Translations under genes and position numbers: made by a program
Part shown: positions 39,657 through 48,271 of the stretch, piece after piece
Position numbering within the stretch: position 1 is the first letter of the stretch
Layout: the number at the start of each line of letters is the position of its first letter
Notes under the pieces: generated by a model
What the model was told of the DNA's origin: nothing
Seen by the model: only the letters and a program-made list of their open reading frames with translations
Database searches by the model: none
Source: an uncultured delta proteobacterium
Lineage (GTDB): Bacteria; Desulfobacterota; Desulfuromonadia; Desulfuromonadales; BM103
Reading direction: 5' to 3'
Assembly: GCA_963715335.1 (NCBI GenBank)
Contig: CAVQRZ010000022.1
Span: forward strand, 96,001-160,000
DNA length: 64,000 bases

Positions 39657-40231
39657 GGGCTTTCCTCTGAATTGTCCTGCTGTGGCCAGGGCTGAGGTTC
39701 GAATCGCCTGTGCCATTCATCAAAGATGCTTACTTTGTGTTGCCCGAACCTGGCGAGTGCTGCGCGGACCATCTCCGCAGTTCGCATTCCTGTTCTGGTT
39801 TTGGAATAAAAAAGGTCGGCATAAGCGACGATTATTTCTTCGAGAGTTTGCGGTTGCATATCTCGCAATGGCAGCGGCAGTTTCTGGGCTTTGATATCTT
39901 CAACGCTTAAGCCGACACCGATATGTCGTTCGCAGACAGATGCATGGCGCGGTAGTCCCTCTTTACGGAGGATGTCAGCACCGATCACGCCATGGGCGAT
40001 ATAAGGCCGGTTACCGTGGCAGTCCAGTTTCGGGGCGTCGGTAAAAAGCATGCCGATGTCATGCAGAAGCGCTGCCTGTTCGATGAAATCCTTGTCAACC
40101 GGTTCACTTTGTCCGACCCGTTCGGCGACCTTGAGGGCAAGCCTTGCAACCAGATGGCTGTGAGCAAGCAAGAGGTTCCTTGCCTTGTCATGAGCTGCGT
40201 AATACTTATCTATTAATTCAAGAGGTTGCAT
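39638..40231 (-). CDS. HD-domain (HDIG) phosphohydrolase
   Basis: HS...LLHDIG, H-x3-G, ERH and YAD motifs. Confidence 0.9.
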   Translation of the reverse strand: MQPLELIDKYYAAHDKARNLLLAHSHLVARLALKVAERVGQSEPVDKDFIEQAALLHDIGMLFTDAPKLDCHGNRPYIAHGVIGADILRKEGLPRHASVCERHIGVGLSVEDIKAQKLPLPLRDMQPQTLEEIIVAYADLFYSKTRTGMRTAEMVRAALARFGQHKVSIFDEWHRRFEPQPWPQQDNSEESPWNNGC

Positions 40232-40260
40232 GGTCTTTCTTCAACAAGAGTCAACGGGTG

Positions 40261-40781
40261 TTATTGGGCCAGTACCTGGAAAGACCGGATGATTTTTTCC
40301 ATGAACATATCGTAACCTGCGAAATTCTCGGGTGTCGTTTTGAGAATGATTGCGTAGGCACGGCTCGGTTTCAGAAACAGATAGAGTTCAATCTGTTGCT
40401 GTGCTGTGTGGCCACTGATGTACCACGCCGTGCCGGCAGGCAGTTCGACCTGCTCCCGCGGGCTTTCGATCAGACCCGGATAATCTCTCAACAGCCGGCC
40501 CAGTTCCTGTTCATCAGTTGGATTTTCCCGGTAACGTGAACTGACCTGCAGCAGGGTCCCACCCTGAGCAGGGTTTCTCCAGCGAATTTCTCCTTCGTGG
40601 CGGCCATATTCGAGGCGGCGGTCCTTTTCCCATCTCAGCGGGTACTCGATGACAAATTCAAGGACCGCGTCAATGTGCATACCGACTTTCATGACGGAAG
40701 TCGGTGCTCTTTGGATGCACAACCCGACAGGACAGTCAAGGCGAATGCCAGCAGGTAAATGAAACATTTTGTGGAAGACAT
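40261..40781 (-). CDS. Hypothetical lipoprotein; apparent frameshift near 40710
   Basis: Manual translation MSSTKCFIYLLAFALTVLSGCASK (LSGC lipobox) then continues in the frame of ORF 40261..40926 (APTSVMKVG...). Confidence 0.65.
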
Positions 40782-40915
40782 AGTCACCTTGTCTCTCGTG
40801 ATTTACTCTCTCAAAGTATACACCGTGAAGATACCGGTTTTGCAAGGAGTCTGAATTTGATTTAACGCAAAGGCGCAAAGAGCGCAAAGAAAATCGAATA
40901 CCGGGTAGCCTGTCC

Positions 40916-42148
40916 TCAGGATTCAAGAAAAATCGCCGAATGCTTGAGGAATGGCCGTATTGCCAGTGCGATCAGGATCAACTGGACAACCATCAGGACC
41001 AGGAAGCAGAGACTCAATCCGGAGTGATCGGCGAGAATGCCGACCAGCGGACCAGTGATTACAAAACCGAGGCGGAAAACCAGTGATTTCAGTGACAGGA
41101 TGCTGGCCCGTTCGTGACGGTCGCTCTGTTTCTGCAGGACCAGGCGCAGAAACGGCCCCTGGATGCCGCGCATGATGGTCAGGATGAAATAAAAGGCGAA
41201 ACTCCATATGAACGGGCTGAAAGCCAGCCCGGCGTACCCGATGACCACCAGCGCCAGCAGCAGCAATGGTGTGCCGCGGGCACCAAGATGGAACTGGACG
41301 CGATGGCTGATAACCGAACCGAAAGACACACAAAGGTTGGCGACTGCCCAGATCGGTCCAAACCAGCTCAGGGGGATATTGAGCGTCTGCATATACGGCT
41401 GAATCAGCCAGACCGGATAAAAGGAGGAGAGACCGAGCAGTGCGGCGAGGAGGATGCCGTAGCGTATGCCAGGCTGTGAAAATGCTTTGCGGGCAATGTC
41501 TGACGCTTGACGAAGATGTGAGACGGGCAGATGTGAGACGGTTTCCCTTGGTGCAGTGGGGATGTTTCTCAGGTTGCTACAGATTCCCAGCGCAGCGATC
41601 CAGATGCCGATCTGCAAAATAAAGGGTAGCAGCGGCATCCAGCCATACAACACCCCGGCGCCCACAGCTCCCGCCGCTTCACCGGCTTGTGCCCAGGCGG
41701 TCATCCGTCCATCGTATTTTGCGTAATGTTCCTCCCGACCACCGTGACGCAGCGTCTCGTAAAGCAGGGCACTGTCTGCGCCGCTGATAAAAGCGTAGGA
41801 CGCTCCGAGCTGAAGTTCGGCGACCAGCACCCCGGTAAAAGTGCCGGCGAAGGTGTAAGTCGCCCAGCCGGTAATGCCGAGCAGGCAGGCCAGGTTGAGG
41901 GCAAAGCGATAGCCAACCCGGTCGCTTATGTAGCCGGAAGGGAACTCCATAACCAGCGTTGCCAGGGAGAATATCGCCTGGAGCAGCAGGATCTCGGCGA
42001 GGCTCAGACCGATCTGGTCCTTCCAGAACAGGGTAATGATGGCCATCGGCAGAAGGGCCATTTTCAGCCCGGCGAAGATGTTGAGGAGGGGGATGTTTTT
42101 GGAAAATCCGGAACGAGGAACGCGGGACGCGGGACGCGGTAAGGTCAA
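40916..42148 (-). CDS. MFS transporter
   Basis: About 12 hydrophobic segments; EFPSGYISDRVG and SGADSALLYE; start uncertain. Confidence 0.9.
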   Translation of the reverse strand: MTLPRPASRVPRSGFSKNIPLLNIFAGLKMALLPMAIITLFWKDQIGLSLAEILLLQAIFSLATLVMEFPSGYISDRVGYRFALNLACLLGITGWATYTFAGTFTGVLVAELQLGASYAFISGADSALLYETLRHGGREEHYAKYDGRMTAWAQAGEAAGAVGAGVLYGWMPLLPFILQIGIWIAALGICSNLRNIPTAPRETVSHLPVSHLRQASDIARKAFSQPGIRYGILLAALLGLSSFYPVWLIQPYMQTLNIPLSWFGPIWAVANLCVSFGSVISHRVQFHLGARGTPLLLLALVVIGYAGLAFSPFIWSFAFYFILTIMRGIQGPFLRLVLQKQSDRHERASILSLKSLVFRLGFVITGPLVGILADHSGLSLCFLVLMVVQLILIALAIRPFLKHSAIFLES

Positions 42149-42277
42149 GATCGAATTCCTGGAGTGTTGTTAATTCCGGCTCAGATTCTTTAAGTTGCTT
42201 TGGCTTGTGCCGGTCTGCCTGTTGTGACAGTGCTAAGAGGCCCGTCAAGGTTTTCCGCGTCCCTCGTCCCGCGTACC
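42108..42277. repeat. Heptamer arrays (GGGACGC-like) in inverted orientation
   Basis: ggaacga ggaacgc gggacgc gggacgc at 42110-42137 and ccgcgtccctcgtcccgcgtacc at 42255-42277. Confidence 0.7.
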
Positions 42278-42281
42278 GGTC

Positions 42282-42500
42282 TCATGCCCAATAGATACAG
42301 GCCGAAGGGCAATTGTCCATCGCCGCCTCTATTTTATCTTCCGGTGCTCCGGTCGGATTATGGACGATCGCTTTGCCATGATCATGGCCTTTGTCATGGT
42401 CATCTTCGTCCATCCGGAACACTTCGGGACAGACCTGGGTGCAGACTTCGCAGCCAATGCAACAATCCGGATCTACAACTGGTATGCGTGACATGATCAT
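42282..42500 (-). CDS. Single-cluster ferredoxin
   Basis: CIGCEVC...CP plus distal CP; GGGAG RBS. Confidence 0.9.
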   Translation of the reverse strand: MIMSRIPVVDPDCCIGCEVCTQVCPEVFRMDEDDHDKGHDHGKAIVHNPTGAPEDKIEAAMDNCPSACIYWA

Positions 42501-42657
42501 GAACACTCCCGATTGGATTTGTACCGATGATCTTAGCAAGCCGTTTGTCTTTTTGCCAGATGTTCTTTCAGTTTGCTTGAACCATTGTGAATACGTATAC
42601 TTGTTGAGAATTATGAGATTGTTTCGACTCTATAACCTGAAACCAGAAGCCGAGTCT

Positions 42658-42779
42658 GCCACCAAGGCACAAAGACACTAAGTCAGCCAAGCCTCGGGAA
42701 AACGCCCGATTGAAGAAGAACACTTTGCAAGGCAACGAAAAGAATATAGATTCCTTCGTGTCTTTGTGCCTTGGTAGTT
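42658..42779. repeat. REP-like inverted repeat of 8-mer units
   Basis: gccaccaaggcacaaagacactaag ... cttcgtgtctttgtgccttggtagt. Confidence 0.8.
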
Positions 42780-42842
42780 GAGTTTTTATCTGGTTCTCAG
42801 GCATTTGCTTCCGCTGCAAAGTCTTTTAACGATCGGCTGCCA

Positions 42843-44357
42843 ATGCGAACTGGCCTGCGTACAGAAATCATCCTGAGTATTTCCCTGCTCCTGGCAGCAG
42901 CGCTGCTCTTTGCCGGTTTTCTCCTCGTCAAACTTACAGAACGCAACCTTCTCGACCAGCAACGCGCTCACGCCGCCAATATCATCAATCTGGTCGTTGC
43001 CGATGCCGAATTCACCGTGCCATCGGAACGGGGAGAGAATCCCATGGGGATCGCTGCCTCCGGTCATGACCGCCTGCAGACAATTTTGAGCAAGCAGACT
43101 GATATTCTCGCCTGGCGCCTGCTCGACAGCCAATTGCAGGTGCTTGCCAGTACGACATACCAGCCGGGTGGGGAATTTTCGAAGATTTCGCCGTCCTTGC
43201 TGGAACGGGGCGAACTGTACGAGGAACTGGCATACCAATCATTCCAGTTCTTCAACAGCGATCAGCCGCAGAATTATCTTGATCTGTCAGCACCTCTCCG
43301 GGTCGGTAATAACCCTTACGGATTGCTGCAAATCCGTTTTAGCCTGTCAGGTTTGCAGGGACGGGTTAAAGCAGCCCTGCAGCTCGTTGTGATTTACGTT
43401 GTGATTTACGGCTTGATCCTGGCGGTCTTCGGCGTCTACCTGCTGAACCGGAATGTCGTCAAGCCGGTTCGACAGCTACACCAGGCGACGACTTCGGTCG
43501 CCAGCGGGACCCTGGCCTCGGTAGCTGTTCCATCGGGTCCGGGTGAAATCCATGAACTTGCAGGCAGTTTCAACCAGATGATCGAGGCCCTGGCCGCCAG
43601 TCGCGCAGAAACGGAGGAGCACATCGCTTCCCTGGAGAGAGCCAACAGTGCCCTGGAGCAGGCAAGGGATGACCTGATCCGCTCGGAAAAACTTGCCACG
43701 GTAGGGCATCTCGCCGCCGGCATGGCCCATGAAATCGGCAACCCCCTGGGGGCCGTGGTCGGTTATCTGAATATCCTCAAGGACGGCTTGTCCGGTGAAG
43801 CGCGTGACCTGGTGGAACGTTCGCTGGCCGAAACGGCGAGGATCGATCGCCTGGTCAGGGAGTTGCTTGAATATTCAGCTCCAGTTGACCGTCAGTCGGA
43901 ATCTTTCTGCCCGGTTACACTGCTGCGCGAAACGGTCGACATGCTGCGCCACCAGGGCCAACTCGATGGCGTGGAAGTCAAAGACCTCTGCTCGCTGGAT
44001 GAGCGCCTGGTCGCCATGGATCGCGGGCGTTTGATGCAGGTCTGGATCAATCTGCTGCTGAACGCCCGTGATGCGATGCCTGGCCCGGGTGGCCTGGAAA
44101 TTTCATCGCAACATGAAGGTGACACCATCAGCATCTCGGTCCGTGATGAAGGGCAGGGTATTGAGCGGGACAACCTTAAACGCATATTTGAACCGTTTTT
44201 CACCACCAAGTCCCCCGGCAGTGGTTATGGCCTGGGTCTCGCGGTCTGCCAGCGAATTATTGACGAGAGCGGTGGCGCGATCACAGTTAACTCGAATCCA
44301 GGCAAGGGGACATGTTTTAGTGTGTCACTACCATCTTTTACGGAGCGGTTGTCATGA
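42843..44357 (+). CDS. HAMP sensor histidine kinase (PilS-like by context)
   Basis: Two TM segments, HAMP, AHEIGNP, NARDA and GYGLGL. Confidence 0.93.
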   Translation: MRTGLRTEIILSISLLLAAALLFAGFLLVKLTERNLLDQQRAHAANIINLVVADAEFTVPSERGENPMGIAASGHDRLQTILSKQTDILAWRLLDSQLQVLASTTYQPGGEFSKISPSLLERGELYEELAYQSFQFFNSDQPQNYLDLSAPLRVGNNPYGLLQIRFSLSGLQGRVKAALQLVVIYVVIYGLILAVFGVYLLNRNVVKPVRQLHQATTSVASGTLASVAVPSGPGEIHELAGSFNQMIEALAASRAETEEHIASLERANSALEQARDDLIRSEKLATVGHLAAGMAHEIGNPLGAVVGYLNILKDGLSGEARDLVERSLAETARIDRLVRELLEYSAPVDRQSESFCPVTLLRETVDMLRHQGQLDGVEVKDLCSLDERLVAMDRGRLMQVWINLLLNARDAMPGPGGLEISSQHEGDTISISVRDEGQGIERDNLKRIFEPFFTTKSPGSGYGLGLAVCQRIIDESGGAITVNSNPGKGTCFSVSLPSFTERLS

Positions 44358-45715
44358 CAGCAACTCAACAACATGTCCTTATCATAGACGACGAAGCACC
44401 GATGCGGCACATGCTGCGCATGGTGCTGGAGCGTGATGGCTACCTGGTCACCGAGGCAACCAACGGCAGCCAGGGGCTGGATCTTCTCGGATCGGGGCAT
44501 TTCGGCCTGATCCTGTGCGATATCCGTATGCCGGAGATGGATGGTCTGACCTTCCTCAAGGAAAAGCAGTCACAGCAATACGGTGGTACGGTCATCATGA
44601 TGAGCGCTTACGGCAGCATTGACACTGCGGTCGAGTGCATGAAACACGGTGCCTACGATTACATCTCGAAGCCTTTTCGTCCCGATGAGATCCTGCTGAC
44701 TGTGCGCAAGGCGGAGGAACGCCTGCGGTTACGCCAGGAGAACGTCAAACTCAAAAAAGATATCCGGCGCGCTGCCCGTCCGCAGGGCACTGCCGCTATC
44801 ATACACCGCAGTCCGGTCATGCAGGATGTCCTGGCCCTCGTCCATAAAGCAGCCGGGGCTTCGGCCCCGGTTCTGATCACCGGCCCGACCGGAACCGGCA
44901 AGGAACTGGTTGCCCGCGCCCTGCACTCGGAAAGCCCGCGCAGCGAAAAGCCGTTTCTGGCTGTCAATTGCAGCGCCATCCCGGCCGGCCTGCTCGAAAG
45001 CGAACTGTTCGGACACGCCAAAGGCGCTTTCACCGGTGCCGACCGCGCCCGGCGGGGACTGTTCGGTGCTGCCGACGGCGGGACGCTGCTGCTCGATGAA
45101 ATTGGCGACTTCCCGCTGGAACTGCAGCCCAAGCTGTTGCGTGTCCTGCAGGAACATGAGGTCCGTCGTATTGGTGAGAGTCAGCCGACGCCAGTGGATG
45201 TCCGGGTCATTGCCGCGACCGCCAAAGATCTGCGCCAGGCCGTTGCCAACGGCAGCTTCCGCGAAGACCTTTATTACCGTCTTGCGGTGATTGCCGTCGA
45301 ACTGCCGGCCTTGCGTCAACGCCCGGAAGATATCGCGGCGCTGGTGGAGAGCTACCTGCCGCGGATTGCCGCGCGGTTGAAGCGACCGGTCCCGGAGATC
45401 AGCCAGGAAGCTTTGCGCAGATTGACAGAACAGGCCTGGCCGGGCAATGTCCGTGAATTGCTCAATGTGCTGGAAAAAACCCTGGTCTTTTGTCATGACG
45501 AAACGATCAGTGAAAACGACCTGGTCCTGGTAGAGCACCCTGAACCACCTGTCGATCTGTCGAAACTCTCTTTGAAAAGCGCCATAGCCGAGCTCGAAAA
45601 GGCGTATATTCACAAGGCCCTGGCGGCAACCGGGGGGAATCGCACCAAGTCTGCAAAAATTCTTGAGATCAGCTTGCGTTCACTGATTTACAAGATCAAG
45701 GACTATGACCTTTAG
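44354..45715 (+). CDS. Sigma54-dependent response regulator (NtrC/PilR-like)
   Basis: REC domain, GPTGTGKE, GAFTGA, WPGNVREL and Fis-type HTH. Confidence 0.95.
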   Translation: MTATQQHVLIIDDEAPMRHMLRMVLERDGYLVTEATNGSQGLDLLGSGHFGLILCDIRMPEMDGLTFLKEKQSQQYGGTVIMMSAYGSIDTAVECMKHGAYDYISKPFRPDEILLTVRKAEERLRLRQENVKLKKDIRRAARPQGTAAIIHRSPVMQDVLALVHKAAGASAPVLITGPTGTGKELVARALHSESPRSEKPFLAVNCSAIPAGLLESELFGHAKGAFTGADRARRGLFGAADGGTLLLDEIGDFPLELQPKLLRVLQEHEVRRIGESQPTPVDVRVIAATAKDLRQAVANGSFREDLYYRLAVIAVELPALRQRPEDIAALVESYLPRIAARLKRPVPEISQEALRRLTEQAWPGNVRELLNVLEKTLVFCHDETISENDLVLVEHPEPPVDLSKLSLKSAIAELEKAYIHKALAATGGNRTKSAKILEISLRSLIYKIKDYDL

Positions 45716-45795
45716 CAACAACTCATGGCTCCCCTCCGAACCGCGGAAGGGGTTCCCCTGCAGGTCAAATCTCCCGTATTTGAGTCTCCCGGCAG

Positions 45796-45808
45796 TGCAA
45801 ATTTTGCA
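45796..45808. promoter_or_regulatory. Palindrome TGCAAATTTTGCA, candidate enhancer
   Basis: Perfect 6+6 arms about 120 bp upstream of a GG-N10-GC site. Confidence 0.5.
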
Positions 45809-45922
45809 TGGAGCCCGCAGCCGTGTGTGTCGCACCGCTGGCTGAATCGATCCGCGTTAGGTAGGCTAATATTCTGAAATAAAAGGGTTTTTAAAGTAAT
45901 TTCGTGACATGCCAAACTGTTT

Positions 45923-45938
45923 TGGTGTGGGTTTTGCT
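45923..45938 (+). promoter_or_regulatory. Putative sigma54 promoter TGGTGTGGGTTTTGCT for the minor pilin operon
   Basis: GG-N10-GC with TTGC; about 45 bp before the first pilin gene. Confidence 0.55.
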
Positions 45939-45983
45939 TAGTTAACCGGTACGCTTGAATTCCTTACGTGTGGAGATATGTGC

Positions 45984-46394
45984 ATGCAGAATCAAAAGTC
46001 AGGACAAGCTGGTTTCTCACTCATCGAGGTTTTGGTTGCTATAACAATCTTTACTGTTGGGTTGTTGGCGATCGCCAACCTGCAGATTTCATCCATTATC
46101 CAGAGCTCCGGGTCGAATACCCGCACTGTCGCAACATCGATCGCCAACGGGGTTATGGAAGAAATCACGTCGCGGAGTGAACTGGACCCTTCCTTCAGGA
46201 CCACTGCCAGTGGCGATTGGCTTTTTGCAGAAGGGACCTCGACCGACCTGGCCCTTGACGGTGCCGGGGGATACACGGCCACATGGAACATAACCACCAA
46301 CACACCGGTCCCAAACCTTGCACGAATTTCGGTAACGGTGAGTGGTCCGCGTACCCGTACTATCACGATGACGTCTTTCAAGAGGTTCCAATGA
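45984..46394 (+). CDS. pilV: Type IV minor pilin, PilV-like
   Basis: Prepilin cleavage motif GFSLIEVLVA; first gene in V-W-X-Y1 order. Confidence 0.8.
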   Translation: MQNQKSGQAGFSLIEVLVAITIFTVGLLAIANLQISSIIQSSGSNTRTVATSIANGVMEEITSRSELDPSFRTTASGDWLFAEGTSTDLALDGAGGYTATWNITTNTPVPNLARISVTVSGPRTRTITMTSFKRFQ

Positions 46395-47272
46395 TTTCGA
46401 TAACCAAAGATTCCCGGCGGCCTCTTAACCGTGAGCATGGCTTCACGCTGACTGAACTGCTGGTCACCATGGCCATAATGGGCCTGATCATCCTTGGCAT
46501 GTTCGCCGTGTACCTGAACATGCAGCGCACCACCTACAACCAATCGGAGATTGTCGATACCCAGCAGAGTCTGCGCGTGGCCACCGACTTTTTAAGCAAG
46601 GACGTACATATGGCCGGGTTCCTGGCGCCCTCCAACATCACCGCCGTCGCAGCAGGATCGGATACCGATACCCTGAACCTGGTGACCGCTTCAAGTGATT
46701 ATATCTATGCCACTCTGGACGAAGAGCAAATCATCCCGGGGGGCAAGGTTGTCGCTGACGATGTCGATATCGACGTCACCAGTGCCGAACAGCTCGATTT
46801 TTTTACGGTTGGCGACTTGGTCAGGATCGTCCGTCCGAACGACGGCAGCCAACCTCATCCCAACGTCTTTACCGTTGCAGCGATTGACGACGGCAGATCG
46901 GGCGGGACGCAACCGCGCGTGACGCTGAACGGATTCAGCAATGCGACCCCGCTCAATTTTGTCGGCGGTGATATTATCGCCCGGGTGAACGCCGGCGGGC
47001 CTTACCCTTCAACGGTCTCCTGGTCGCTTAACGCGGGGAATTTGCAGAGGGTTGTCGACGGTGGGATCAAAACGGACGTGGTTGCCAATAACATCGACAG
47101 CCTGCGGTTTGATTACCTGCTTAATGACGAAACCCAAGTCTCGCCGCCCGCCGCGGATGAGCTGGAAGAGATCGCTGCGGTCAGGATTACCCTGACGGTC
47201 GTCGTTGCCAACCAGATGGATCAGGCGACTCGTTTGAGAAGCGTGAGCAGTCTTTTCAGAATCAAGAACTAG
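46391..47272 (+). CDS. pilW: Type IV minor pilin, PilW-like
   Basis: GFTLTELLVT and QQSLR...DVHMAG. Confidence 0.8.
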   Translation: MISITKDSRRPLNREHGFTLTELLVTMAIMGLIILGMFAVYLNMQRTTYNQSEIVDTQQSLRVATDFLSKDVHMAGFLAPSNITAVAAGSDTDTLNLVTASSDYIYATLDEEQIIPGGKVVADDVDIDVTSAEQLDFFTVGDLVRIVRPNDGSQPHPNVFTVAAIDDGRSGGTQPRVTLNGFSNATPLNFVGGDIIARVNAGGPYPSTVSWSLNAGNLQRVVDGGIKTDVVANNIDSLRFDYLLNDETQVSPPAADELEEIAAVRITLTVVVANQMDQATRLRSVSSLFRIKN

Positions 47273-47287
47273 GCAAGAGGGCATATT

Positions 47288-47836
47288 ATGGACATCGAAT
47301 TGACGATAAAACAACTGTGCAGTGTCGCCTCCAGGCCAGTGGCAAGGCTTTACGCCCGCAGGCACGATGAACGCGGCATGGCCCTGATCATAGCGGTTTC
47401 GCTGATGGCCATCATGAGCCTGCTTGGTGCCATCCTGCTCTCCGTTACAACTTCCGATACCCAGTTGTCCGGCAACTACCGAAACCAGTACGAGGCTTTT
47501 TACGCCGCCGAGCGGGCCGTGGAATATTCCATAAGAACGGTTATCGGGACCGGGGCTGTCGATCTTTACGAGGACACGGATGACGCCGGCGTCCTGCACC
47601 GTGACCAGATCGCCGTCGGCAACAGCGGTCTGGAAGACACTTCCGGATCGACCGATGACCGCAACACGATCGTTTATGTCGGTACCGGCACCCCCCCGAA
47701 AGGGATCGGCACCGATGCGAACCTGTTTGAGGCGAAAAATTACGTTGTGACGGCTGTCGGCGTCTCGCCGATGGGAAGTTTGCATCCTTCCCGTGCCGTA
47801 GTCCGCTCGATGGCCGCTAAAATCGTGCCCAAGTAG
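47288..47836 (+). CDS. pilX: Type IV minor pilin, PilX-like
   Basis: RGMALII (no Glu5) and SGNYR...AFYAAE. Confidence 0.8.
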   Translation: MDIELTIKQLCSVASRPVARLYARRHDERGMALIIAVSLMAIMSLLGAILLSVTTSDTQLSGNYRNQYEAFYAAERAVEYSIRTVIGTGAVDLYEDTDDAGVLHRDQIAVGNSGLEDTSGSTDDRNTIVYVGTGTPPKGIGTDANLFEAKNYVVTAVGVSPMGSLHPSRAVVRSMAAKIVPK

Positions 47837-47859
47837 GCCTTATCTTCAAGGAGTTTGCC

Positions 47860-48219
47860 ATGTACCGGTTTATTGTCGCTTTCCTGTTGCTCGCTTGCTG
47901 TTTCGCAAATGTGGCGTATAGCCAGGACGATTCGGATCAATCAATGCTGTACTACCGGTCGTCATCAACCTACGACGGGATCTATGCGCCGCAAAGGCTG
48001 TACCAGTACAACAGCTACCGCGAGACCTGGTTTGCCAGCAGTCAATTCAAACTCTGGACGGAACTGAACTGCAGGGCTGCCCGCGAGGCCATCGAGCTGC
48101 GCGGCGAGTGGACCGGCAATCTGACCGACCGGGGGGCGTGCGCCGGAGATAATGAGGCTCCCACCTGGGCATCGGGGAACTATCTCAATTTCCTGAGGGC
48201 CAAGGCTCTCAAACGCTAA
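47860..48219 (+). CDS. Small secreted hypothetical protein similar to an internal PilY1 module
   Basis: AAGGAG RBS, signal peptide, C-x4-EAIE-x2-G...C...WASGNYLNF. Confidence 0.75.
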   Translation: MYRFIVAFLLLACCFANVAYSQDDSDQSMLYYRSSSTYDGIYAPQRLYQYNSYRETWFASSQFKLWTELNCRAAREAIELRGEWTGNLTDRGACAGDNEAPTWASGNYLNFLRAKALKR

Positions 48220-48271
48220 TTGCCGGATGACTCAGTCGATCCACGGTCACTTCGAGAATGAAAGGTAGGAC

